Origin: Minisyncoccota bacterium
GTDB taxonomy: Bacteria; Patescibacteriota; Minisyncoccia; Phycocordibacterales; JACRKE01
DNA: 64,000 nt
Direction: 5' to 3'
Assembly (NCBI GenBank): GCA_041660505.1
Contig: JBAZWG010000001.1
Coordinates: 477,776-541,775, forward strand
Position 1 is the stretch's first letter, and each line of letters starts with the position of its first letter. The position numbers and the translations under genes are program-made. Below are positions 27,732-36,908 of the stretch, piece after piece. The notes beneath the pieces are model-generated. The model made no database searches. It was not told where the DNA came from and worked only from the letters and a program-made list of their open reading frames with translations.

Positions 27732-28700
27732 ATGGAGAAAGAAACGAATAACGAGCTGGAATCAAGATTAGAAATAATGCCCACGCCTGAAGTCGTCGTC
27801 CAAGATGAACCGGGGATGCGACTGTGGGGTATTGCGCAAAAAGCGGCAGACAAACAATACGACAAGAAAGAATACCCGATTGTTGAAGATATTGAAGATT
27901 ACTTTTCTGAACGTCCATTACCACGGGCTGTTATACAAAAGATACAAGAATATCAAAAAGTAAACGAAGAAGCTGTTTTCTGGATATCTCTCGCATACAA
28001 TCATCTCGAACGGATTGACCTTGTTAAAAAAGAAATTATTTCACACAAATCCTGGATTACGAATATTGATGATTTGATCAACGGTGTTCATGCTGTCATG
28101 CGGGAGGTTGAAAATTCGTTAGACGCCGATATTCAGGAAAAGATACAAGGTGCGGTACTTACTGACCTCTCAGCAAAAGAGCGCATCCACGACCAGCTTA
28201 CTGCTGATATCACCGAAATCATTAATTTTTATAAACTTAGTCCGGAAACGAATATTAAACAAGCAGTACTGACTACCGCGAATTTTTTCACACCAAAGAA
28301 TTCTGGCAGGGGATTATCGGTCGGAGAAGATCAGTACCTATTCTGTCATGCAACGAATCGCGATAATATGCGGCACGAATTCTCGCACGGGTTCATTAAC
28401 GACATGGTCCATGAGCTCGACCAAAAACTCTTCGAAGAGCAAAAAAATAAAATAGTCTTGCTGGCTGGAGACTGGTTGAAGTACGGAAATGACTATGGTG
28501 AGTATTGGGAAAGCTTGTTGGATGAAGAACTGATTAGAACGTATGTCGACTGCTACTCAAAGCGACAGCAGCTCAAGATGACTCCGCTGCGTACATTGGT
28601 CTACAAACTCTATGAAGACTACGATGTGGCGAAAGAAACAGACCCGCAGCTTCGATTCAAACAGTTTTTACTAACAGAATTTCCTAAACGACTCTGGTAA
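27732..28700 (+). CDS. Hypothetical protein with zincin-like HExxH motif
   Basis: RHEFSHGFIN plus downstream LDEELIR. Confidence 0.6.
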   Translation: MEKETNNELESRLEIMPTPEVVVQDEPGMRLWGIAQKAADKQYDKKEYPIVEDIEDYFSERPLPRAVIQKIQEYQKVNEEAVFWISLAYNHLERIDLVKKEIISHKSWITNIDDLINGVHAVMREVENSLDADIQEKIQGAVLTDLSAKERIHDQLTADITEIINFYKLSPETNIKQAVLTTANFFTPKNSGRGLSVGEDQYLFCHATNRDNMRHEFSHGFINDMVHELDQKLFEEQKNKIVLLAGDWLKYGNDYGEYWESLLDEELIRTYVDCYSKRQQLKMTPLRTLVYKLYEDYDVAKETDPQLRFKQFLLTEFPKRLW

Positions 28701-28714
28701 AAAAGTGGATAAAT

Positions 28715-28741
28715 AATTGGTAGACGCTATACACTTGAGGT
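28715..28741 (+). pseudogene. Degenerate tRNA-Leu(GAG) D-arm/anticodon remnant
   Basis: AATTGGTAGACGCTATACACTTGAGGT resembles AACTGGCAGACTCGCAACCTTGAGGT of the downstream tRNA. Confidence 0.5.
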
Positions 28742-28752
28742 ATACTAGAGGC

Positions 28753-29430
28753 ATGGGAATGCGAGGACCATTACCAAAGAGGAGAGTGAAAATTAAGTGG
28801 TCGGCAAAATTTGCCTATGCTATTGGATTATTGGTAACCGACGGTTGTCTCTATAACGATTATCGGCACATGAGTCTGACTTCTAAAGATATTGAACAGG
28901 CTCGAAATTTCAAAAAGTGTCTCGGCTTGAAAGTTAAAATTGGATTGAAGGGGAGCGGAGCGTCCAAAGAAAAAAAATACTATCATGTACAGTTCGGGGA
29001 TGTCGAATTTTTTGAATTTTTACAGTCTGTTGGACTCACGCCCGCAAAGTCAAAAACGATCGGTGCCGTCAAAGTCCCAGACGAATATTTTTTTGACTAT
29101 GTTCGGGGGTGTTTTGATGGAGATGGATGTTTTTATTCATACTGGGATCCTCGCTGGCGATCGAGCCATATGTTCTATGTTGAATTTGTTTCTGCGAGCA
29201 AAGTACATATCAATTGGTTTCGAGAAGAGTTACGAATGAGGGCTGGAATTGTAGGTCATCTGACAGATGATGGGAAACACTCTACAACTCAGCTCAAATA
29301 CGCAAAGAAAGAGGCGCTGGTAATTATCGACAAAATGTACTATAATCCTCGTGTTATTTGCCTCACCAGAAAAAAGCTCAAAATCAAAAAAGCTTTGAAA
29401 ATTGAGCGAAGACAGCAAAAGTTATATTGA
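28753..29430 (+). CDS. Two-motif LAGLIDADG homing endonuclease
   Basis: AYAIGLLVTDGCL and DYVRGCFDGDGCF motifs; stops 5 nt before tRNA-Leu. Confidence 0.9.
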   Translation: MGMRGPLPKRRVKIKWSAKFAYAIGLLVTDGCLYNDYRHMSLTSKDIEQARNFKKCLGLKVKIGLKGSGASKEKKYYHVQFGDVEFFEFLQSVGLTPAKSKTIGAVKVPDEYFFDYVRGCFDGDGCFYSYWDPRWRSSHMFYVEFVSASKVHINWFREELRMRAGIVGHLTDDGKHSTTQLKYAKKEALVIIDKMYYNPRVICLTRKKLKIKKALKIERRQQKLY

Positions 29431-29435
29431 GTTAT

Positions 29436-29522
29436 GCCCGGGTGGAGGAACTGGCAGACTCGCAACCTTGAGGTGGTTGTGCCCGCAAGGGCGTGCAGGT
29501 TCAAGTCCTGTCCCGGGTACCA
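29436..29522 (+). tRNA. tRNA-Leu(GAG)
   Basis: GCCCGGG acceptor, CAACC-TTGAGGT-GGTTG, variable arm GCCCGCAAGGGC, GGTTCAAGTCC, CCA. Confidence 0.95.
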
Positions 29523-29543
29523 GAATAATTTCTAATAAAATCT

Positions 29544-29840
29544 ATGACTATAGAATTTTTGCGTTCGTACCGTGTTGGACCTTTTGCGATTTTTGATTTC
29601 GCTCTTTCTTACGTTGCTGTATATTTCCTAGCACCATATCTATCTAAACTTTTTGCTCTCGTTGGCATAAGTATAAACAGAGAACAGTGGCTGTGGCTCA
29701 CTTTGCCGATCGCGCTTATTACACATCTGGTCTTTAGAATAGACACGCCATTTACCAGAATGATGCTAGACCCCTCTGGCGGGTATATTGCGAAATTTGT
29801 TATTATATTTATGCTGATCATGGTATACGTAAGACGGTAA
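29544..29840 (+). CDS. Hypothetical membrane protein
   Basis: 98 aa, three hydrophobic segments. Confidence 0.7.
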   Translation: MTIEFLRSYRVGPFAIFDFALSYVAVYFLAPYLSKLFALVGISINREQWLWLTLPIALITHLVFRIDTPFTRMMLDPSGGYIAKFVIIFMLIMVYVRR

Positions 29841-29861
29841 GATTGCGACGGAGCAAAGTTC

Positions 29862-30452
29862 ATGCCTAACAAATTCTACACCGGCAAGGGAGACAAGGGC
29901 GATACAGGGTTCTTCGGTACTGCCGAGCGCCACCCCAAATCATCAATGCGCGTTGAGTGTCTCGGCGCGGTGGATGAACTTGGCTCGTGGGTCGGCCTCT
30001 GTCGTGCGAAGTTGGTCACCGAGGAGAGACCTCCCTCTGGAGGACTCTCCTCGGTGACAAAATCAAAAATATTAGAAGAAGTTCAGCAAAATCTGTTTAT
30101 CATCCAGGGCGAGTTTGGCGGAGCCGACGTGCATTTGAACGAGAAACATCTAGCGAAGCTCGAAGAAGATATTGCTGACATTTCTAAACGCTTGCCGGAA
30201 ATCACCAGTTTTGTTTTACCCGGCGCATCCGAGCTTGGCGCGATACTTGATATAACTCGCACGATAGCGAGGCGCGTCGAAAGGCGAGTGGTTGCATATG
30301 CCAAAGATACGCAACTTATGGGAGCAGTGCAGGGGAGGGCGCGCGAATTTACTCTGGCCTACTTGAATCGTCTATCGAGTCTCTTATACGTCCTCGCTCG
30401 ACACGAGGCCGCAAAAAGAGGAACGCAAGAAAAAACTCCGACCTATGAGTAG
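29862..30452 (+). CDS. PduO-type ATP:cob(I)alamin adenosyltransferase
   Basis: FYTGKGDKGDT, GAVDEL, FVLPG, RTIARRVER, YLNRLSSLLYVLAR. Confidence 0.92.
   Translation: MPNKFYTGKGDKGDTGFFGTAERHPKSSMRVECLGAVDELGSWVGLCRAKLVTEERPPSGGLSSVTKSKILEEVQQNLFIIQGEFGGADVHLNEKHLAKLEEDIADISKRLPEITSFVLPGASELGAILDITRTIARRVERRVVAYAKDTQLMGAVQGRAREFTLAYLNRLSSLLYVLARHEAAKRGTQEKTPTYE
30015..30058. repeat. AGG-N5-CCT palindromic element, in-frame in the PduO-type gene
   Basis: gtcaccgaggagagacctccctctggaggactctcctcggtgac = VTEERPPSGGLSSVT. Confidence 0.88.
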
Positions 30453-30529
30453 GGTGGTGTTAGCACTATTCTTTGTGGATAAAGTCGAACACGGGTATAT
30501 ACCGACGCTGTAAAAACCGTTATAATTAA

Positions 30530-31045
30530 GTGATGGTATGGATGCTATGCAGTCATTGTAAAAAGGAGTTTCAAACAAAACCTTCTTGGATTCGTTATGG
30601 CAGGAAGTATTGTTCAGAACCATGCCAGCGCTTAGGTATGCGCAAGGGTAAAAACGTCAAATGCTCATGGTGTGAAAAAGTAGTATACAAATCACTGAAG
30701 GAACTGCACGGTACGAAAAGCGGCAAATTATTTTGCAGTAAAACCTGCAGTCTAGCTTGGATTGCGTCAGAACACCAAGAAGAAAATCATCCCAATTGGA
30801 AAAATGGTGAAAAATCATATCGTCACATTCTCGAGCGTCACACCAAAAAGAAGATTTGTATTCTCTGCCAGACAGAAAACCCTGATGTCATGGCCGTCCA
30901 CCATGTTGATCAAAATCGAAAGAACAACAAGTTAAGCAATCTCCAATGGCTCTGCCATAACTGCCATCATTTGGTGCATTGTTACCCGAGAGAAAAAATA
31001 AGATTTACAAAATTACTTACGCCCACAAATGCCACGCCACTGTAA
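30530..31045 (+). CDS. HNH endonuclease with Cys-rich zinc-ribbon repeats
   Basis: CxxC...YCS..C repeats, HPNWKNG, VHHVDQNRKNNKLSNLQWLCHNCH. Confidence 0.88.
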   Translation: MMVWMLCSHCKKEFQTKPSWIRYGRKYCSEPCQRLGMRKGKNVKCSWCEKVVYKSLKELHGTKSGKLFCSKTCSLAWIASEHQEENHPNWKNGEKSYRHILERHTKKKICILCQTENPDVMAVHHVDQNRKNNKLSNLQWLCHNCHHLVHCYPREKIRFTKLLTPTNATPL

Positions 31046-31520
31046 AATATGCAATACATTATTTTATGCTAAACCCGGACACGTTAAGCGTGGCTGGGGC
31101 ATATACTGTTCGCGAACGTGTCATTACTCGGACACAATTGAAAAGGTGAAGAAAGAATGCGAGACGTGCAAAAAACCGGTTTTCGTTGTGCGCTCCAAAA
31201 TTATTCGCTCAAAAAGCGGAAAGTTTTTCTGTAACAAATCCTGCCAGACAAAATGGCGTAATCGGCAGTATGTCGGCAACAAACATAGTAATTGGAAGGA
31301 CGGGCTTAATTCGTACCAGTCAATTCTTGATCGCAATAAAGTTCCCCGGATATGCTTGTTATGTAAAATCACTGATATTCGCATTCTGGTAACTCATCAT
31401 GTTGATGAAAATCACCGAAACAATGAGCTTTCAAATTTGGCTCGTTTGTGTCATAATTGCCATCACTTGGTTCATAACAGGCCTAAGTATAAGAGCAAGC
31501 TTATGGTGCCTCTGGTGTAA
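31029..31520 (+). CDS. HNH endonuclease paralog; stop codon inside tRNA-His
   Basis: HSNWKDG, THHVDENHRNNELSNLARLCHNCH; terminal VPLV* encoded by the tRNA 5' end. Confidence 0.88.
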   Translation: MPRHCKICNTLFYAKPGHVKRGWGIYCSRTCHYSDTIEKVKKECETCKKPVFVVRSKIIRSKSGKFFCNKSCQTKWRNRQYVGNKHSNWKDGLNSYQSILDRNKVPRICLLCKITDIRILVTHHVDENHRNNELSNLARLCHNCHHLVHNRPKYKSKLMVPLV

Positions 31521-31580
31521 CGGTTAACACAGACCCCTGTGGAGGGTCAAATTCGAGTTCGATTCTCGGGAGGCACCCCA
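31505..31580 (+). tRNA. tRNA-His(GTG) with encoded G-1
   Basis: G-GTGCCTC...GACCC-CTGTGGA-GGGTC...GTTCGATTC...GAGGCAC-C-CCA. Confidence 0.94.
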
Positions 31581-31596
31581 AATAAAATTTAAATCT

Positions 31597-33201
31597 ATGG
31601 AAGACCAACCGCGATTTGATTATCTTTTTATTGGTACGGGGAATTCAGCTTTGACCGCCGCCGCTTTGCTTGCCAATAGCGGTGCGCGAGTGCTTATGCT
31701 TGAGGCTCACGATATACCCGGCGGATACGCGCAGTCTTTCGCTTGGGGCAAATATTTCTTCTGCGGGCAGGTGCACTATATCTGGGGTTGTAGTCCGGAG
31801 GGGCGTATTGGTACCTTCTTGAGGAAGATAGGCTTGGATAAAGATATCACCTTCGAGCTTTATGACCCCGATGCCTATGACATTATGGCGATGCCGGACG
31901 GCAAAAAAGTAGGCATGCCGTATGGTTGGGAGCGCTTGGCGATAAATATAGAAAAAGCTTATCCCGGTCAAGGCGACCGCGTCCGTGCTTTTACCGGAAT
32001 TATTAGTCGGATAAGAAAAGAGTTAGCACAATTCCCAGAACGCAATATTAAATGGTGGGAATATATTACCCGTGCGAGGCAATACCGAACGCTTATTAGA
32101 TATCGCAACAAAACACTACAAGACGTTTTCGACGAATGCGGGCTCTCGATAGAAGCGCAGACGGTGCTCGCGGCTAATGCCGGTGACTTCATGGCGCCGC
32201 CGAACAAGCTCGCCATTCTTGCGTATCAAGGGCTTATGGCCGGATATAACGACGGGGCATATTATCCGACCAAACATTATAAATACTATATAGACAGAAT
32301 CGCTGAATTTATAGAAAGTCATCGCGGTTCTCGAATCATTTATAAAGCCGAGGTTGCGGCGATAGAAACATCCGGCGACAAAGTGACTTCGGTAAAAACG
32401 AAAGACGGCAGGACTTTTAACGCGAAGACAATAATCTGTAATATGGACCCAAAGCGTGTGGCCGAAATGATCGGTTTGGAGAAGTTCGGAGATAAATTCA
32501 AGAAAAAATTAGATTATGTTTATTCACCATCGGGAGTAATGATCTATCTGGGTCTTAAAGATATTGATCTAAAAAAGTATGGTTTCGGAAGGCACAATAT
32601 TTGGCATTGCGAGAACTTCGATATGAATAAAATGTGGCAAGATCAGGGTCAGAATAATTTTGAAAAGCCGTGGATTTTCATATCGACCCCTACTCTGCAT
32701 ACGCAAGAGTCAGGCACCTGCCCGCCAGGTAATCAGATAATGGAGGTTGCAACATATGTCGAGTATGGTGATCTGGCAAAGCTAAAAGCTGAAAACTATA
32801 AAGAATATGAGGCTCGCAAACTCGAAATCGCTGAACGCATGCTTGATATTGTAGAAAAGCGCTATATTCCCGATTTACGCAATCATATCGACGTAAAAGT
32901 AGTCGGCACTCCGAGCACAAATGAATACTGGGTCTCGGCTCCGAGGGGGAATGCTTATGGTGCAGATATGCTCCCGAATCAGATTGGTCTACACCGTGTG
33001 ACAATGGAAACGCCGTTTAAGAACTTCTACTTCTGTAACGCTAGCGCCGGGTATGCCGGTATGCATGGTACGACCGGCAACGGCATATTATTGTACGAAA
33101 AACTGACCGGGGAAAAAGTTTTTGACCCAAGCAAAGCTCCTAGCGACGACGAGCTTGCCGAGGCGGCTTATCTTAAGGCTAAACAGAAAAGCGTTTCCTA
33201 A
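31597..33201 (+). CDS. Phytoene desaturase-like FAD-dependent oxidoreductase
   Basis: [15 protein letters not shown]...[31 protein letters not shown]. Confidence 0.8.
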   Translation: MEDQPRFDYLFIGTGNSALTAAALLANSGARVLMLEAHDIPGGYAQSFAWGKYFFCGQVHYIWGCSPEGRIGTFLRKIGLDKDITFELYDPDAYDIMAMPDGKKVGMPYGWERLAINIEKAYPGQGDRVRAFTGIISRIRKELAQFPERNIKWWEYITRARQYRTLIRYRNKTLQDVFDECGLSIEAQTVLAANAGDFMAPPNKLAILAYQGLMAGYNDGAYYPTKHYKYYIDRIAEFIESHRGSRIIYKAEVAAIETSGDKVTSVKTKDGRTFNAKTIICNMDPKRVAEMIGLEKFGDKFKKKLDYVYSPSGVMIYLGLKDIDLKKYGFGRHNIWHCENFDMNKMWQDQGQNNFEKPWIFISTPTLHTQESGTCPPGNQIMEVATYVEYGDLAKLKAENYKEYEARKLEIAERMLDIVEKRYIPDLRNHIDVKVVGTPSTNEYWVSAPRGNAYGADMLPNQIGLHRVTMETPFKNFYFCNASAGYAGMHGTTGNGILLYEKLTGEKVFDPSKAPSDDELAEAAYLKAKQKSVS

Positions 33202-34519
33202 TCATTTCTGCGACTCGCTTTCCCGACCGTGCGGCGCCCTCGGTCCATGGACTGTTCATGTAATCGCCGGCTAGGTAGATATTGTTCACCCCCTGGCCTT
33301 CTTCTTCGAACTTCACGACGCGTGGCAGATAATCGTGGCGAAACTTAGGCATTGCTTGAGGCCAATATTTGAGCGCCAAGGGTTTGATGTCCGAAATGTG
33401 AGCACGAACCTCCGGACAGACTTTTTGTAGTTCGGCTAAGACCGACTCGTACACTTCGTTATCCGGTTTACCGTTTGATTGTTCTGCTGCGGTCTCGTGC
33501 AGGTATACATTCAATATCGAGCGGCCGTTATTCTCGAGTTTCGCACTTTTCCTGATTTGATTATCGTAGCCGGATATCATCTCGTTCTCGACGAAAGGGA
33601 CGTAAGTCAAGTGCGTGCCGTCGGGGAAAAGATTTACGGGAATATCAAAGGTAACGACCATCGTCTCGGCGTAAGTTAAATTTTCAAACATTGCAACTAC
33701 GGAAGCGGGTACGTTTTTTATGATATTTTTTGCCACATTGCCGGTCGTCGCCACGATAACTATGTCAAAAAGTTCTGAAGTATTGTCGCGAATAATCTCA
33801 ACACCAGAATCTTTCGGAGAGACGGAAGCAATTTCTGTGTTGGTCAGTACCTTTAGTTTACTTGCAATAGCTTTCGGTATTGACGCAATGCCCCCGTCGG
33901 TATAGGTGGTGTGGAAGCCGCCACTTTCGGTCATCATCTTCATAAGCGAGAACAATGCAGCTGCGCTGATTTCGTCTACTCTGTGGAACTGCATAATTCC
34001 TGTAAATGGATCAGCCACATAATCTGCGACTTCGGGTGAAATTTTTTCGCGGAGATATGCTGAAGCGGAGATACTCTGGAGCTCCAAGCCCACTTCAGAC
34101 AAATGAAAAAAATTAAGAGGCGAACGAATCAGTTTAAGATGCAAACCCCATAGTAAAAATCGCAGCCGAGCTCCGAGCGATAAAAGCTTGAAATTGAAAA
34201 GCAAATCGAACGGGCCCGATAGATCTATATAATAGGGGATTCCTTCGCGGATAATGCGATGCTTGCTGTTCTTCTGTGTGGCTACCCATGCGATACCAAG
34301 CTCGGTGGCATACGCGTGGAGCAGATCGTACCGATTGACAAAAAAGTCCGCACCGGAGTCAAAAATAAAGCCATTAATAATCTCTGTCTGAATACGCCCT
34401 CCAACAACCGAGGAACTTTCAAAGACTGTGACATTATGGCCAGCCTTTTGGAGTTCATAAGCTGCCACCAGCCCCGCGATACCGGCGCCAACGACCGCAA
34501 TCTTCTTTGGACTTTGCAT
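33179..34519 (-). CDS. Protoporphyrinogen oxidase/amine oxidase-like flavoprotein
   Basis: [15 protein letters not shown]...FE....GGR, FDSGA, W..AMP, YLAGDY...TEGAARSG. Confidence 0.8.
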   Translation of the reverse strand: MQSPKKIAVVGAGIAGLVAAYELQKAGHNVTVFESSSVVGGRIQTEIINGFIFDSGADFFVNRYDLLHAYATELGIAWVATQKNSKHRIIREGIPYYIDLSGPFDLLFNFKLLSLGARLRFLLWGLHLKLIRSPLNFFHLSEVGLELQSISASAYLREKISPEVADYVADPFTGIMQFHRVDEISAAALFSLMKMMTESGGFHTTYTDGGIASIPKAIASKLKVLTNTEIASVSPKDSGVEIIRDNTSELFDIVIVATTGNVAKNIIKNVPASVVAMFENLTYAETMVVTFDIPVNLFPDGTHLTYVPFVENEMISGYDNQIRKSAKLENNGRSILNVYLHETAAEQSNGKPDNEVYESVLAELQKVCPEVRAHISDIKPLALKYWPQAMPKFRHDYLPRVVKFEEEGQGVNNIYLAGDYMNSPWTEGAARSGKRVAEMIRKRFSV

Positions 34520-34537
34520 GTGTGGTAGTATAGCGTA

Positions 34538-35545
34538 ATGGTAAATTTAGACCAAGTGCAGGATAAAATTTATGATCTGCTTATTGTGGGCGCCGGGCCT
34601 GCTGGGATTGAAGCGGCTTTACAGGCCAAGAAGGCCGGCATGAACGCACTGCTCATCGACCGTGAAGAGGCGGGCTTTATTATCGCCCACACAATGAGCA
34701 ATAAAAAGTTCTACCACGCTTACGGGCAGAACGTAGAGGCACCAAAAGGTCTGCTAGATTTCCCAGACCGCAAGCAAGGCAGTGAGCTGGTGCGCCTCTG
34801 GCGCCTGCAGGCAGACACGGTGCCGTATGCACCGCACACCGTGTTTAAAACGATCGAGGACGCAAGAGGCGAGACCTCCGGCAAAGGCGGAGGTCTCGCC
34901 TCGGACACGGTTTACAATTTTATTACAGACAAAGGCGCCATCCAAGCGCCGAAGTTAATTCTCGCCACCGGCATGTTCAGCAAGCCGTGCAAGCTAGGCG
35001 TGCCGGGCGAAGAGGGTAATACCAGCGTTGCGCACGAATTTGATTACAACTCCTTTATTACAGACAAGAAAATTTTAGTAATAGGCGGCGGCAACTCGGC
35101 CGTCGAAGCCGCGCTCGAACTCTCGCTCGATAATGAGGTGACGCTCCTGGTGCGCAAGCCACACGTCGCGGAGACCGTGACCGAACGCAACAGGGTTGAG
35201 CTTGAGAATGAAGCCGGGAAAGGGACGATAAAAGTTTTTTATAACTCGAGCGTCACAGAATTCAATAATCAAGAAGCGACACTAAAATTAGAAGACAAAA
35301 TTGAGAAGAAAGTGTTCGACAAAATTTACATAACCATTGGATTCGAGAAGCCATCCGACTGGCTTGCCTCGATGTCGATAGCGCTCGACCAGGATGGCTT
35401 ACCAAAACTGTCTGACAAACTAGAGACCTCCCGCTCTGGAATTTTTGTATCCGGGGCACTAACCGGCAACGATTCAATAATCGGTTCGGCCAATCAGTCT
35501 ATAGACATTATCCGGTACATGGCCTATACTGCGAAATCAGCATAA
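34538..35545 (+). CDS. Pyridine nucleotide-disulfide oxidoreductase family (TrxR/YpdA-like, no CxxC)
   Basis: [40 protein letters not shown]. Confidence 0.82.
   Translation: MVNLDQVQDKIYDLLIVGAGPAGIEAALQAKKAGMNALLIDREEAGFIIAHTMSNKKFYHAYGQNVEAPKGLLDFPDRKQGSELVRLWRLQADTVPYAPHTVFKTIEDARGETSGKGGGLASDTVYNFITDKGAIQAPKLILATGMFSKPCKLGVPGEEGNTSVAHEFDYNSFITDKKILVIGGGNSAVEAALELSLDNEVTLLVRKPHVAETVTERNRVELENEAGKGTIKVFYNSSVTEFNNQEATLKLEDKIEKKVFDKIYITIGFEKPSDWLASMSIALDQDGLPKLSDKLETSRSGIFVSGALTGNDSIIGSANQSIDIIRYMAYTAKSA
34866..34902. repeat. AGG-N5-CCT palindromic element, in-frame
   Basis: gaggcgagacctccg-gcaaagg-cggaggtctcgcctc = [13 protein letters not shown]. Confidence 0.85.
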
Positions 35546-35558
35546 TAAACAATAATAT

Positions 35559-36896
35559 ATGAAGAAACTCATCGGTTTTTTGGTTATCGTATTTGTTCTT
35601 GGCGGGATATGGCTGGCGATGTCTGGCTCTAAGTCTTCTACTAGTCCGGTTGCCAATGTTGGCGCGGTAGACTCTCTTCCGGTTTTAACAACGCCATGGA
35701 TAGAGGTAAAAGCCAGCACGACTGTTTCTCTCTTTAACCCGACGACAAATGTCTTGGTGGTACAAGCGAAGACCGGCGACCTGCTCACGCCTCCGGTGCG
35801 CATCGAGGTGGCGAAGAAAGGTGGCGCGGTACTCCACTTTCCCGACGGGTCGCAAGCTCGTCTTGACGCGGGAACTATTCTTACGCTGACGGAAGCAAGC
35901 TATCAAAAAGAATCTCACAGTCTGCGTGCGCAATTTACTCTTGCTATCGGTCGAATCTGGTCTAAGGTTATCGACCTGGCGACGCCGGAATCTGTGTGGG
36001 AAGTGCAGACATCGAACGCCGTTGCGACGGTCCGCGGTACTGCCTTCAGCGTTTCTGCTGATGCAAAAAAGCAATCGAAGGTCTACACTGCCGAGAATGC
36101 TGTTACCGTCGCGACCATTAACCCCGACACCAAAGAACGCACGAAAGTTGCCACGGCACTCGTCGAGGTTGGCAAGCAAATAGATATTACTGATACGATT
36201 GCTCGCACCGTAGAAAAGCAAGGTACATCGACGCTTAAAGTGGTATCGGCTCCAGCAAGTTTGCTCGCCGACGTGTGGGTCAAGGATAACGGCACGCGCG
36301 ACGCGCAATTAGACACGCAAGTTGCGGAGTTGAAGCAAGAAGGTTTAACCGGCGACGCTCTGCGCGTGAAGCTTGAAACAAAAGTGCGCGAAGAATATCA
36401 GATAGTTATCGAACCGATAAAGCAAGAAGAAAAAGCAGAACCGCAAGCAGACGCTAAACCGACAGTTGAACCTGCGATACTAAAACCGGAGGCAGTAAAA
36501 CAGGTACCAAAAGCTACCGAACAAACGGTTATCGGTACGAAGCCGATTGTTTCGACAGCGACACCGAAACAACTTGATGTAAATACAAAAAGCGATCTGA
36601 CAAATATTAATGAAGGGGATCGTGTACAGTTTACCGCTGTATTGATGTTGAGCGATGGCACGACGCGCGATGTTACCGCCGAGACAATGTGGAAGGTTAT
36701 CGGACCTATCGGTAATATCGTAAAGCCAGGAATTTTGGCGACACAGCTTGATGCGAATTCACAAGAGCTGGGCGAGGGTTCCGGCTCTATCATCGCGACT
36801 TGGACCGATAATAAATCGGGAGAAGGTTTCCTCGGTAAAAGCCCGATCTTTAAGGTGAAGTTTGCACCGACAGATGCCGGAGGTCCTGCGATTTAG
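35559..36896 (+). CDS. FecR-domain membrane-anchored protein with C-terminal Ig-like domain
   Basis: N-terminal TM, FPDGSQARLDAGT, GRIWSKV, EVQTSNAVATVRGTAF. Confidence 0.82.
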   Translation: MKKLIGFLVIVFVLGGIWLAMSGSKSSTSPVANVGAVDSLPVLTTPWIEVKASTTVSLFNPTTNVLVVQAKTGDLLTPPVRIEVAKKGGAVLHFPDGSQARLDAGTILTLTEASYQKESHSLRAQFTLAIGRIWSKVIDLATPESVWEVQTSNAVATVRGTAFSVSADAKKQSKVYTAENAVTVATINPDTKERTKVATALVEVGKQIDITDTIARTVEKQGTSTLKVVSAPASLLADVWVKDNGTRDAQLDTQVAELKQEGLTGDALRVKLETKVREEYQIVIEPIKQEEKAEPQADAKPTVEPAILKPEAVKQVPKATEQTVIGTKPIVSTATPKQLDVNTKSDLTNINEGDRVQFTAVLMLSDGTTRDVTAETMWKVIGPIGNIVKPGILATQLDANSQELGEGSGSIIATWTDNKSGEGFLGKSPIFKVKFAPTDAGGPAI

Positions 36897-36908
36897 GTAA
36901 TCATAATA

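Noticed and set aside
30447-30496. Possible decayed tRNA-His remnant upstream of the HNH pair (TTAGCAC...TTGTGGA...CACGGGT)
   Set aside because: The stems do not pair and the match is equally explained by a DnaA-like box; too weak to call
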